Below, piece by piece: positions 51,001 through 63,297 of a stretch of DNA of 64,000 bases (position 1 is the stretch's first letter; every line of letters begins with the position of its first letter). The notes under the pieces were generated by a model that ran no database searches, was not told the origin of the DNA, and saw only the letters and a list, made by a program, of their open reading frames with translations. The DNA comes from Azolla caroliniana (Eukaryota > Plantae > Polypodiophyta). The DNA lies in the NCBI GenBank assembly GCA_043228905.1, contig JBHGNT010000011.1, positions 8,370,001-8,434,000 of the forward strand, in the 5' to 3' direction. The position numbers and the translations under genes are program-made.

Positions 51001-52967
51001 TTGGTCGTCATACCTCCCGTAATCTTCCCGTCGTTGGTGATACCCGGGGGAGTGATCCCAGTTGTGATGCTCGTACCGTCCATTGTAATCTCGGTACTTG
51101 TCGTATCTCTTGTACCGGTCGTAGTTGTCTCGCCGATTGTCGTACCGGACATCTTGTGTCGGTCGATATCGCTCCTCTCGTTGCCAGCGTTCACTTCTTC
51201 GTCTCGGCTACTACGTGGCTCGATTTGCCGGACTGGTGGAGCTTGCCGATTCAATAAGTTATATTCACACCGGTCCATCGTGTGGCTCGTAGATTGGTAG
51301 AGTAAGCAGTGCGTCCGCATGGTGCACTCCAGTGACGAGTGTCCGGAATTCAAGCAGGTCGTGCATCAGATTGCTTGCCGGAAACGGAGATCCTCATCGG
51401 TTGGTAATGCTCGTTGGAGGGCTCCCATTGTTAGCCAAGAGCTCGTTTTTTTCATTTCTCTAACTCGGTCGATGACCTGGTCGACGGTGCCTGTGCGAAA
51501 GTCAATGACCATACTGTTCGTAGAGGTTCCCGGAGCGCGGCTAAAAATATAGCCCGTGTTTCTTCTTCCGAAGGTGCATGGGTAAGCTAACTGTGCATCC
51601 GTTGAAACCGGATGACAAACTGTGGGATGCTCTCGCCGGGGTCCTGCCGAATTGTATAATATAAGCCCACCATTTCTCGTTGATCCACCTCCTTCTGGAA
51701 GAAGTGCAAGAATTTGTCTTTCAGGTCCTCAAAGGTGGTGATGGTGCTGCGATCCTGCGTCCGGTGCCATCTGGCGGCCGGTCCTTCTAATGTCACGCCG
51801 AATTCGGCTATCTTAGATCATTCCTCTTCTGCCGCGGTTAACCGTTGTGACCGATGGTTTGCTTCCCATGTTTGTTCAAATGCATGAACATGAGCCTCCG
51901 CGTCTAGGTCATCCCGATACTTGGAGTACTGGAACGACATATTGTCATCCGGTGTCGGTACGCAGGCTAGCGGTGTCGGTGGTCTTTCTTGCTGTTCCGT
52001 CGGCATCTGAGGTCTTAGCCGGTCTTCCTTTGGTGTTGCCGGCTCGACTTCCGGTGCTGGAGGTTTTTGCCGGTGTACTTCCGTCTCCGGAGGTTGCTCC
52101 ACGACGAGTGCCGGAGGTTCTTGGTCTGCCAACTTTGGTTCCGGTGTCGGTAAAGTATCCGACTCCTCGTCCTCCGGTCCTCCTGGGGTGTCGTTATTGC
52201 TGCGATAGTTCGTATGCATGCTGTAACCCCCTTCCGAATCCGATTCTAGCGCTGAAAATGCTTCGGATTCGCCGTCTCTTCCGGCCAAGGCCTAGAGAAG
52301 GGTTTCCGCTTCCCGGAGGCTACTTAAGCTGCTTCCTTCGTCCGGGTAGGCGTTTTGTTGCAGACGGAGCGACTCCTCCGCCACTTTCCGGATCACTTTG
52401 GAAAATGATCGATCCGTTCGGATTTCTTCCGCTGCTTGCTGGAAAGCCTCTCACAGCCGTCTCCGTTCAGCAAGTCTTCGTGCTCTCTTCGTAACCGGGT
52501 CGTCTGTTGGCCTAGTCATCCATTCCTGCCGCTGTTCACTGCGATAATGCAGGAATCATGGTTGCCAAAAACTGTGTTATTGCTAGGGCCGGACAATAGC
52601 CTAACACAGGGTGTCCACTTAAGACACGTCACCAAAGGGTGGTACGGCAGAATGACTTACGACACAACGCTTACTTAGACCTTAATCGATTACTTAACCA
52701 TCCGTAATTAACACGCGTAAGATATAACAATGAATATAGAACGGTAATCAACACTGGAAGATTAAGACAATAAAATTTATTAATTATCCGCTCTTGATTA
52801 CATTGTAACCGGACCTTTATATAGGTTTCCGGTGCGAAATACAAAACGGTGCCAACCGGCACCTTTACGGAATCTTTCCGGATCTGGATCGGCATACCGA
52901 TTCCAGTCTGTCCGTCCACATCTTTTTATATAATAATATGTATATATTAAGACCACTAATTACAACA
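45060..52967 (-). mobile_element. Athila/Tat-like non-chromovirus gypsy (copy B2): 5' LTR about 52578-52967, gag-pol, partial extra ORF; 3' end lost
   Basis: LTR starts TGTTGTAATT; PBS-like TGGCAACCAT; gag LEGPAARW, PR IIDGGSSVN, RT, RH FVDASD..EREAL, INT with WTGPY; homologous to B1. Confidence 0.9.
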
Positions 52968-54879
52968 GTTCCCGAATAACTATTCCTTTCACACTTTGGT
53001 TTGGACCTCCTTAAGCCTTCTTTGCCTGCCGGTAAAATTGAGTTCATGGAAGCTATGGAACCGGCCATCATTTGTTCATGCTTTTCAGTCATTGTGGCCC
53101 TTACTTTTGCTAATTGAACTTGGTGGACAAGTGTCCTAGCTGGAATATCCATATGAGAGGTTCCCTCCGACTTCAAGCCAATGTTGGTACTAGAGGACCC
53201 TCTATAATGTTTTGATCAGTGACGATTAAAATATTCCCAATCAACGTCGATGCCACCCTGAACTTCACATGCAAATGCACGTGCAAAAACAGTACCCACC
53301 TCATTGCTACAGATTTGATTAGTATCATAAACATGTTCATATCTCGTCTTCAATAAGTTCACATGTTCCTTCTTCAACCCACTTATGTGGAATCCTCGCC
53401 TTGTATCGGGATGTGGTGACCCCCAGGTTTTTATCAACCACTCTCTCAGCTCTTCATAACTTTAAGTTGTGCTCAAAGGAAATAACATCATCCAAGAGGT
53501 GTGCCTCGAATGATGGAGTGACACATCTTCTTCCTCTGAGTTGATGAATTCATCACCCTTTCTCTTGTGGGCGTCTTCTTGCTTTCTTTGATAGGCATCC
53601 TTCTTCTTTCCTTCACTAGTGGCTTCACTTTCTCTTTCACCAATGTCTTCTTTATGGGTGTCCTTGTCGTCATTGTCCTGATCTTCGCTCGTCTTGTTGA
53701 AAGAATATGTGTGTAAAAGAATCAGAGAAGAAAACTCATCAAAATACCATCAACAACTAGCAAATCATCATAGCCAATTCAATATTGGTTGCATGTACAA
53801 GCCTCTTCTTGGATAGAGGACAAAAACTCATCCAATAGAAACACACACAAAATCAAAACAGTCGGACATGAAACATAGAGAATACCAAAAATCAAAATAA
53901 TTGGACATGCAGCACAGAGAATATGAAAAATCAAAACATATCGTAAATACAACACAAAGAATACCTGGAGGTCGTACAAGTTGTAGATAGAACGATGCGA
54001 GCCAAGGTGGAGGTAGAGGTACCACACCGGGTTGATGTCTTCACCTTGGGAGCACATCAAGCCGAGGAAATCATCTATATGCAAGAGGTCATTGATGAGG
54101 TTGTGTAGAGGAGACAAAAATTGTCGTTGTTCAGTCATTGCAGAGGAGTTCACAATAGGCAACACAACAACGCAGAGGATTTTTGTTTCCTGCAGAGCAA
54201 TCCCCGCATATACAGAGTTCAGAGAACGTAGGGAAACAACAAGAACAACGAGCACAGAGGGGAAACAACAATCTCTGGATATACAGAGTTCAGAGAACAT
54301 AGGGAAACAACAAGAACAACGAGCACAGAGGGGAAACAACAATCTTTGCATATACAGAGTTCAAAGAACATAGGGAAACAACAAGAACAACGAGCACAAA
54401 GGGGAAACAACAAGAACAATGCGGGGTAACAAAGAATTAAAGGTGGAGTGAGAGAGAGCAAGAGAGAAAGAGAGAGATAGGTAATATGTGCAATAGAAAC
54501 TTTCTATCATTGTCTGACTCACAACTTTGAGACAGAAGAGAGAGAGAGAGAGAGACTAACAGACTGACCAACTAACATGTTGGAGATATCCTCCAGCTCT
54601 ACTTCTGTACAACTCTACCTAGAAGAATGAAGTTATAATTAATGTATTAAATTCAATCGAGACACTTCGACTGTGACCTCATTCATTGGATGATGATCCA
54701 TTGTTTTCTATAGTAATTGTTTTATTTTTAATTTTTAATGTTTATTTTCTTCCTTGATTTAGTACTAAATTTTTTGGCCAAAAGTTGGTACATTGTAGCA
54801 TGCTTCCACCCTTAGGTAACTTTGTCTATTTACATAATTGGCCTAAGTGGGCTCAACTCAAAACCTATTTCCATTTTCC
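52968..54879 (-). mobile_element. Putative DNA transposon end with an uncharacterised ORF (53216-53437)
   Basis: Reverse complement begins GGAAAATGGAAATAGG at the junction with a copia remnant; ORF motif YEHVY..NEVGTVFARAFACE..VDW resembles the 11.7 kb and 62.4 kb gene. Confidence 0.4.
54206..54420. repeat. 71-bp tandem repeat, about 3 copies
   Basis: ATATACAGAGTTCAGAGAAC.TAGGGAAACAACAAGAACAACGAGCACAGAGGGGAAACAACAA recurs at a period of 71. Confidence 0.88.
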
Positions 54880-55369
54880 GGATACTCATCCGAACTTTAT
54901 CCTATTCCGGATCGAATCCATTCGATCCGTGTCAAACTTCTCCGGCTTCCCACCGGGCCTAGCATTCGACCCATCCGAAAGGGACCTAATTCTCAATAAT
55001 AACCGCTCCTCTGTATTCAGCCTTGGTGCTTGACAATGTTATTTTCAATTGCTTCTTACTACTCCATGTGACCGCCATGCTCCCAAGAGTGAATGAATAT
55101 CCTAATGTGGATCAGTGATCGCCAGTGTTTCCGGCCCAATCAGCATTCGTATAGCTAACAAACTATTCAGCTATGCCGACCCGACACTAAAACGCACAAT
55201 CCTTTATGCCACTAACATAACACAATATCTTGTGGAGCACACTGAAGGTGCTTGGCGGTCAGCTTCGACATTAACTAACTAATCGATGTGATCGGATAGC
55301 TAAGATCTAGGTGGGTAATCGTTAGGTAAATGAGGCTTCCGAGAATTTTTCGGAACTGTTTCTCTACAT
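54880..55369 (-). pseudogene. Decayed copia RT-RNaseH remnant, same family as 1-533
   Basis: Reverse complement shows GSLIYLTITHLDLSY, KHLQCA, YTNADWAGNTGD. Confidence 0.75.
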
Positions 55370-56357
55370 TGTTGGGATAAAAGTCTCACTTTGCCCATAT
55401 TGTATCCTAAGTATGAACACATAGTTAACCTAACTATAAAAGTAGGAAACGGACTCTTGTAAAGTAAGTTTGTGGGTAATAGAAAAGTTGAGTCTCTTGA
55501 GCAAAACTTTCTCTATGTGTGTAACTATCAACTTCATCTTGTTGATCTCTGTCTATTCTGTAACAATGCACAAATCTTCTCTCCTATTGCATCTTCTTGA
55601 TGTTTGGTTGACTCAATAATAGATCCTACTTGCTTCCTACAACTAGTCGGCTCTCCAACAAAAGTAGCTAGCTAAGACAACCTTATTGTCTTCAATTGGT
55701 ATCAAAGCCACTTGAGTCTGACAACAACAACATCATCAACAAGGAAAGAAATCGATTGAAAGAAAAGACTAGGTCAAAAATCTCACTTCCTACAGAACAT
55801 GGTTTCAACATCCGGCACAAGAGTCGAAATCTAGCACATCAACACCTTTAGCTGGGTGTTGGCCAAACTCTCCTCGCAAGGATTGAACCTTAAAGAGGAA
55901 ATCAAAGCCCTTGCAGTTCTCTCAAGCATGCCACCAAGTTGGGAGGTCTTTTGCACCACGTTCACGAACAAATCTCCGAAGTTGACATTGGATGAGTTTA
56001 TCGGGATAATACTGTCGGAATATATCTAGTGCAAGTCAATGGGACTCACCATTGACAACAACACAGAAGCCCACTTCTTGGTAGAAATTTCTTAGAGAAC
56101 TAACTAAAGTCAAAGCTGACCGAGGAGGAGTGATTGCCCATGGTCAAAGTTGTAGAATGGGAAGCCCAACGCCTTCAACACACATTGCAGAAATGTTGGC
56201 CATAACGTTGTCGACTGCTCATCGATCAAAAAAAAGTGGAGTGGACAACAATTTGATTGGATTTCAGGATCGACCGATTCGAACCACCTCCAAATTGATA
56301 ATTAAGTCAACGTTGCCGAATCCCGATTGGGAGAAGTCCTCACCCCGGGGGCTTCAC
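55370..56357 (+). mobile_element. Ty1/copia 5' end (LTR 55370-55694, PBS, internally deleted gag)
   Basis: TGTTGGG..CTTCA followed by TGGTATCAAAGC; MVSTSGTRVEI..EEIKALAVLSSMPPSWEVFCTT; gag related to 36796-37811. Confidence 0.8.
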
Positions 56358-56523
56358 TGTCAAAACTTGTATGATAGCACGTGAGTTCATCAAAAGGGGC
56401 TTACATTAATCAGTGAGATACATAATATATATATAAGGGTATTAATAAATATTTGAAAATATATTTACATAAGGGTATTATCAATTATTCTTGAAATTTC
56501 TTTTACATAAGCCCATGAAATAT

Positions 56524-59500
56524 TGTAATGTACACCTTAGAACCAAATTCTGTCCTCTTTCCATTAACCATTAGCTCTATTTATACATTCATGTTCCTTT
56601 AGTTACATTCTTGATTCAACCTCCAACTAACTCTAGTGCTTTCTTGATGTGTCTTGGTTCAACTTGGGACCAAACCAACATGGTTCGGTCCCGATACATG
56701 ACACTTCCCCCTTTGAGAAAATGAAAGCCAAGCTCTTAGGTGTTTCCCACCAAGTGGCCCAAAAAGTTGAGACATTGAAAAAAAAATGAGATTTTTGACT
56801 TTCCCCCTTTTCACAAAATGAAATATCATTATTTAAACATCTACTAGTGCGTAGTGGACTGTGTGTTCTCTCCTATTGTGATTGTGGTTTCTCCTATTTC
56901 GACTCTGTTTTCTCCTATTTTGACTGTTTTTCCTCCTCTTTCGACTGTTTTTTCTCCTGCTGTGTTGCGACTACATGGCTCACCGAACTGGGGGAGACCG
57001 TGGACTGTGCCGCCACACTACCTACGGTCGGTGGAACGGTCGACATGCTTGATCCAGGTATCTTTTTTATCCGTGAAGTGTGTGCAACAGTCTGGGATGA
57101 TGTATCCATTCTCTGTAGTCGATAGGTGTTAGCCCTAATGCGGTGTGTGACCTCATAAGGACCAAGCCAACGATGCATAAAAGACTCGCATAGTCCTTTG
57201 CGGCGGATAGGGTAATAAACCCTCACTTGGTCCCGATTTCCAATTCTCTTGGTTGATGTGTGGCATCGAAATGTTCTTCTGGCATTGTTGTGCCTTATTA
57301 AGGTTGTATTGGAGTGCCCGTCGAAGGAGAGGAATGTTGGATTGCAGGTATAACCACCATGACATTGTATCCGTGTGATTGGTGTGTATCTTGAGGACTT
57401 GTGGGTCTGGTGGAAGTCGTGGATCTGTAGTTGATTCTTGAACCGAAGTGTTGTAAGCATGTACCGCAAATGGAAGTACCTGATCCCATGATTGGTGCAA
57501 GGGATCAACATAAGTGGTTATCACTTGTTTTATAGTTTTGTTCATCCTTTCTGTGAGCCCATTAGTTTGGGGATGGTATGGTGAGGTAAATAATTGCTTG
57601 ATCCCCAAACTTTCTGCGAGTACTTTGAGAACTTCACTTCGAAATTGAGATCACTGATCTGAAAGGAGTTGTTGTCGACACCCGTGGGGAAAAATGATGC
57701 ATTACAGTACCGCACTTGCTACTATACTTGCCGTTGAATCAAGTAGAGCAACGGCCTCACACCAATGAGTCAAGTACTCGGTGGTCACTAATATGTATCT
57801 GTTTCCCTATACTGAAATTGGAAATGGGCCCATGAGGTCCCAACCGACCATCTCAAAGGCTTCCGTCACAGTGATCAGTGTCAGTGATCCGCCTAGGGAT
57901 TGCAGATTCTTCACAGCCTGGCACGTGAGACATGATTGGAGGAACGCCGATATGAATTGTCGCAACTTCGGCCAATAGTACATGGTGCGTATTCAATGGA
58001 GAAGTTTATGGAAACCGAAATGGCCAGATAGTTGGTGGTTGTGATAGAAATTAAGGTATGTCACTCGCAATGTTGCGGGGACATACAATCATGGTGGACA
58101 TCCCTGACTTACATAATATAGAATATTGTCAATCATGATAAAATTTAGATTTAATTGTGCATCATGACTTGCCTGAATTTTTAGGATAATTTCTTTGATT
58201 GTTGGGTCCTGTTGTTGCATCTTTTTTATTTGATGTTGATGTAGCAGATATTTTTACTTGAGCAGCTTGATATTCCATCCGTGAGAGGGCAACTGCCACG
58301 ACATTGGATTGGCCACGTCTATAGATCATCGTGAATTTGTATTCTTGCAAAGCAAGAGCCCAACGAAGTAGTCTTCCTGGTGGCTGTGTCTTTTGAATTA
58401 GGGATATCAATGGCTGATGATCTGTCTCCACCTGCACCTTTGTACCGTGTAGGTATGGATGGAATTTCTGAAATGACCATACTACGGCTAGAAACTCCTT
58501 TTCAGTTGTATTTGTTGCTAGACGGGGACAAATCTTAGTGAAAAATTCACTAATCCTAGAAAATTCTGTAGGGACTTGATGTTGAATGGCTTCGGATATT
58601 CCATGGCAATTCGTGTCTTTGCTGGATCTAGTTGTATTCCTTGTTCTGATATCATGAACCCTAAAAATCGTAGTGTTGTTGCAGCCCACTTGCATTTCCT
58701 GAATTGCAATTGTAGGCTATATTTTTGAATGCGAAGGAGGACTTCATGTAATATCTTAATGTATTTTGGCCAGATATCTATGTGAATCAATATGTCATCT
58801 AGATAGACCAAAACAACACCTTGAAAAATCAAGTCTTGGAAAATATTGTTTGCCATCCTCTGAAATGTGTTGTTAGCATCTGATAGTCCAAATGGCATGT
58901 GCTTAAACTGATACAGTCCGTGTTGTGTTTGAAATGTTGTTTTGTGCTTGTCTTCTTTGCGTAGGGGAATCTAGCAGTAGCCGGAAGCTAGGTCTAAGGA
59001 TGTGAAATATCTGGAATGTCCTAACTGGTCTAGTAAGTCATTAATCCTAGGAAGTGGGTACCTGTCATGCTTCGTCACCTTATTTAACTTCCTGAAATCA
59101 TTGCAAAACCAGAATGATCCATCTTCTTTGTGAACTAAATGGGGTTTTGATACCCACTCGTTGGTTGATGGCTCAATAATATCTTTTCCTAGCATATCTT
59201 CGATTCTTGTGGCAGTCCTTTGGTGGTCAAGAGGGGATCACCGCCGCATTGCCATCCGAACTGGAGGAGCGTCGGTTGTCGGAATGGCATACTGAACTGG
59301 TACATTTACTTGTGCTCTTTTTTTAGTTTTACAGAAAATTGATGGAAACGACTTGATTAAGTGTCGTAGATCTGCTAGACGTGACTCTGATGGTTCGACA
59401 TGGATCCGATAAGTTCTTTTTTGTATTAAACTGAGCATTCTGCACATCAATCTCCATTGGAGTTATTGTGGGTTCCATTGGAATTTTCTGGCTGCTTTGT

Positions 59501-60520
59501 TGTGATTGTGTAGGTGCATGTTGCAATTTGATGTAGCTTAGAGACTCTATGTGTTGCACAATCTATACCGCCATTTGAAATGTTGTTGGTCCTTGATCTT
59601 TCACTCGCCTGGATATATCATGGCGTAGCCTAGGTAGTAAGAAATAAAGTTTCATAGTCTCTTTCATATGTGGATCTACCCTTAACAATAGTTGCTTTAA
59701 CTTGACTGCAAATTGTGCCACTGGTTCATGTGGTTGTTGGCGTAGAGTGTCCAATTGTTGCAGTGCTATTTGAGTGACATCATTGTTGGCGAATTGCTGC
59801 ACTAATTGCTCACGTAGGTATGGCCAATCACGTTTTATCTCTTTAAGTTGCTGGATGAACCAAGTTGCAGCCACATGCTCTAAACCGTGCGGAGCTCGAG
59901 TGTTTTCTGTCCGTCGTCCCACGCATGATATCCTACTACATGCTTGAAATGATCCAACCAGGCTAGAATGTCCTCCGTTGGAAGTCTAGAGAAAGATCGC
60001 GAACGGATTCTTGAATCTTTTTGTTTCTAAAGTTTGGCTGTTAACTATGACTGATTAGTTAACCAATTCATTAGTGTTTGATTTGTATGATTTACCTGCA
60101 TCATCATGGTAGTTATGGCTTGAAACATTTGGTCATTTGCAGGGCTTGAAGAATGTTGTTCCACGAACTTTGGTTGCATTCTCATGCTGCTATCGAACTC
60201 TGATTTCTGCATCTCTGTGCGCAGATTTGTTGCACTATCGCGTGATTTGGGCTCACTGTTCTGCTATGGCAGTGAGTTGTTCCAGATCTTTGTTCTGCTA
60301 CATCGACGACTTTTTGTGAATTGCCCATCAGTTCCACCAATGTAATCTACACCTTAGAACCAAAGTATGTCCTCTTTCGATTAACCATTAGCTCTATTTA
60401 TACATTCATGTTCCTTTAGTTACATTCTTAATTCGACCTCCAACTAACTCTAGGGCTTTCTTAATGTGTCTTGGTTTGACTTGGGACCGAACCAACTTGG
60501 TTCGGTTCCGATACATGACA
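56524..60520 (-). mobile_element. Ty3/gypsy element with 180-bp LTRs (56524-56703, 60341-60520), degenerate
   Basis: TG..CA LTRs; flanks ATAT/ATAT (4-bp TSD); PBS TGGTGGAACTGATGGG; PPT AAAGGGGGAAG; RT DFRKLN..YPLPRI..LDLASGY and YLDD; INT YHPQTNGLTERMN and GPY; no chromodomain. Confidence 0.92.
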
Positions 60521-60589
60521 ATATTAGATATTTCAATGAGATAGTAAAGAATATATTATACAAACAATACTCAAATTTGGAGTAGCATA

Positions 60590-61361
60590 TATACATACAT
60601 ACATACATACATATACATGCATGCATATATACTTACATTCAAACATTACATCCAGGAATATGTATATACATACATTACACCCATTTATACATGCATACTA
60701 ACTAAACATAAATATATGTACAAATATATATTACCATATGTAAATATGTACATACACATACATGTTACATGCATTACATACTACATACATATTAGAATCG
60801 GCCATATATATTGACATACATATATACATAATACACACATAAAAATTACATATTACATATATACATACACATTCTTACAAACATATTTTATATATTACAT
60901 ATTACACACATATATTATTATGCACACAATTATATACAAATGCAAATATACAAACCAAACACAAAAAAATAAATTACATATTATATATATACAAATACAT
61001 ACACATATACATACATTCCATACATACAATACAATACAATATGTACTTACATACATACACACACAAACATAACACACATCACACATGCATACCACACACA
61101 TGAATCTATACCTACATTCATATATCACACATCACACATGCATATATGCCTACATTCAAACATTACATCCATGAATATGTATATACATACATTACACCCA
61201 TTTATACATGCATTTTGACTAAACATAAATATATGTAGAAATATATATTACCGTATGTAAATATGTACATACACATACATACATGCATACATATTAGAAT
61301 CAACCATATATATTGACATACGTATATACATAATACATACAATAAAATTACATATTACATA
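60590..61361. repeat. AT/CA-rich low-complexity region with an internal duplication of about 200 bp
   Basis: TACATTCAAACATTACATCCA.. at about 60634 and 61151. Confidence 0.85.
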
Positions 61362-61362
61362 T

Positions 61363-63297
61363 GGGTAAAAGCATGCGAGTGGAAACAATATTATATTTAA
61401 TTCACTACTAAAATGGACACAACTAATTAGCTATTTGTTTAGCTAGTTTTTTGTGGGCAAATCATAAGGATGGTTTACTAAATTTTATGTTTTATTAGTT
61501 AAATACATATCATTCAATTTATGAGAATACTCAAATAGTTGAACTTTGGTTTTTGACGTAGTGGAACTTGGGGAATAGTGCCATCATCTAAGGTCGACTT
61601 GAATGTCATCAAATTCCTGATAATCCTGAGTTCGAGTTCGAACTCCAATCAGATGGAGTACTCTAAGCACGAATGCAGACGAAGCTCACGCAGCAGCACA
61701 AAAACTCTAAGATCGACATTGCACCTTCAGAGCTACAACACACGACCAGTTCAATCCTCGTCCAAGTATGTATCAGTTACATATTTTAAAAAATCAATTT
61801 TTTCCTTTCTGATTACTATTTGTAACTTTGGTGCCTGTTCATCTATCCCAAAAATCAAATAGGGCAAAGTCATTGGAGTCCCAAACAAGGATGTCTCAAA
61901 GATCGGGGTGTAGTAGCAGGTGGGTTTCTGATTGATAGAATTTCATATTACGATTGATTTCTACCTTTAGTGATGATTAGGGTTTGTGTTTTCCTTAAGT
62001 GGTTTAGGGTTTCTGATTACAAATTTCAGATTACAAGTTTCTGGTTACAAATTTCTGATTACTGTCGCAATGTGTTGTAATTTTGCACCAATTGTCATGA
62101 CAAATTCTTATTAGGGTTTCAAAATTTTTAAGTGGTTGATTTCTAATACATGTTGAAAAGGACAGATTACACATTTCAGATTACTATCTCAAAGTGTTGT
62201 AATTTTGCACCAAATTCACATTAAAAATTATGTTTTTGCACCAATGCTGATTACTGATTTTCTATTTCAGGTGGCTCGTTCCTCCCTATCCTAGAGTGTT
62301 GAACTTCGCAAAATTTTGCGAGACAAAGAAGAACTTTCACAACATATATGGTCTATCGCTCAAGGGTATTGAACCTGTTGTTCTAACAAATAGATTGATT
62401 AGTGATGCAGACTGGATGTCAGTATATAAAGTGCCTAGAGTGAAAGGCAAGCTCAAGCTCAAGCATGTACGACCGACCGGACTTGGACGACGACTGCATG
62501 AGACTGCACCAAAAAGTACATCAAGAGATCCCGGTCAACGAGTTGTCCGTTTCATTTGCCAGAGTATTGCAAAACAACGAAGGAATCTCGTGACCCTGAA
62601 ACGTACAGGGTAGCTTGGGCAATTTGGTAGAAAGATGCCGGAAGATGGGGAGCTTGCAACAAAAAATGGCAAGATTTTGGAGCATGGCAGTTGATGATGC
62701 AACTACCAACTCCCAACAAACCCACAAGTATACGCCACACCGACACACAATGAAAGCCAATGTCGATGATACAGGTGAGACATTGATTAACTATATGCTA
62801 AAAAATGTCCAGGAAGCCTGTGAGACATTGGAGTTTTTTAAGACTGATTTAGAGAAAGCAACATTGAGCAGAGTCACTTTGGCAATTACAACAATAAAAA
62901 ATAAGCTTCAGGTACCTATTGTTTTGTTAGTATGTAATATGTTATAAATAACTTGTACACGAAAATGTGCTAGTGAGGCATTATTTGGAACAGGTTGCTC
63001 CACACGAGCTTGAAATTGAGGGGTTGCAGGATCCCCAACGGAAAATTCAACTGCAGACAGAGATCCAAGTTCTTTCAATGAACCTAGACCTTCTAGGTGT
63101 AAATATTGTTGCTAATTACAATTTGGACAAGCTACAAGTCAATTAATGATTCTTGTTTCTTGTTGTTGTATCTTCCTCATTAAGAAATAATTAATTGGTA
63201 AATTTCTTAGCTGCATTGAAGGAACAATACTCCCGTCAAGAATAGGTAGTTAGTTGCCTTAAGAAGAAACTACATTTTGTGGAGGGGATGGTAAGGA
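61363..63297 (+). mobile_element. Putative MULE-like DNA transposon (copy 2): TIR-like end plus cargo gene, truncated
   Basis: GGGTAAAAGCATGCGAGTGGAAAC terminus; colinear homology with the reverse complement of 11075-12744 up to GGTAAGG at about 63297. Confidence 0.6.
62271..63147 (+). pseudogene. Uncharacterised transposon-borne gene, copy 2, with intron 62912-62993
   Basis: TTTCAG|GTGG acceptor; WLVPPYPRVLNFAKFCETK..; GT..AG intron; DPQRKIQLQTEIQVLSMNLDLLGV. Confidence 0.75.

Noticed and set aside
25975-52967. LTRs at 25975 and 52967 as the two ends of one giant element
   Set aside because: The LTRs are strongly diverged, the flanks (ATATG versus GTTCC) give no TSD, and two separate gag-pol sets lie between them
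24001-54879. Termini at 24001 and 54879 as a TIR pair
   Set aside because: Only short shared words (AATGGAAATA); no extended inverted identity and no TSD
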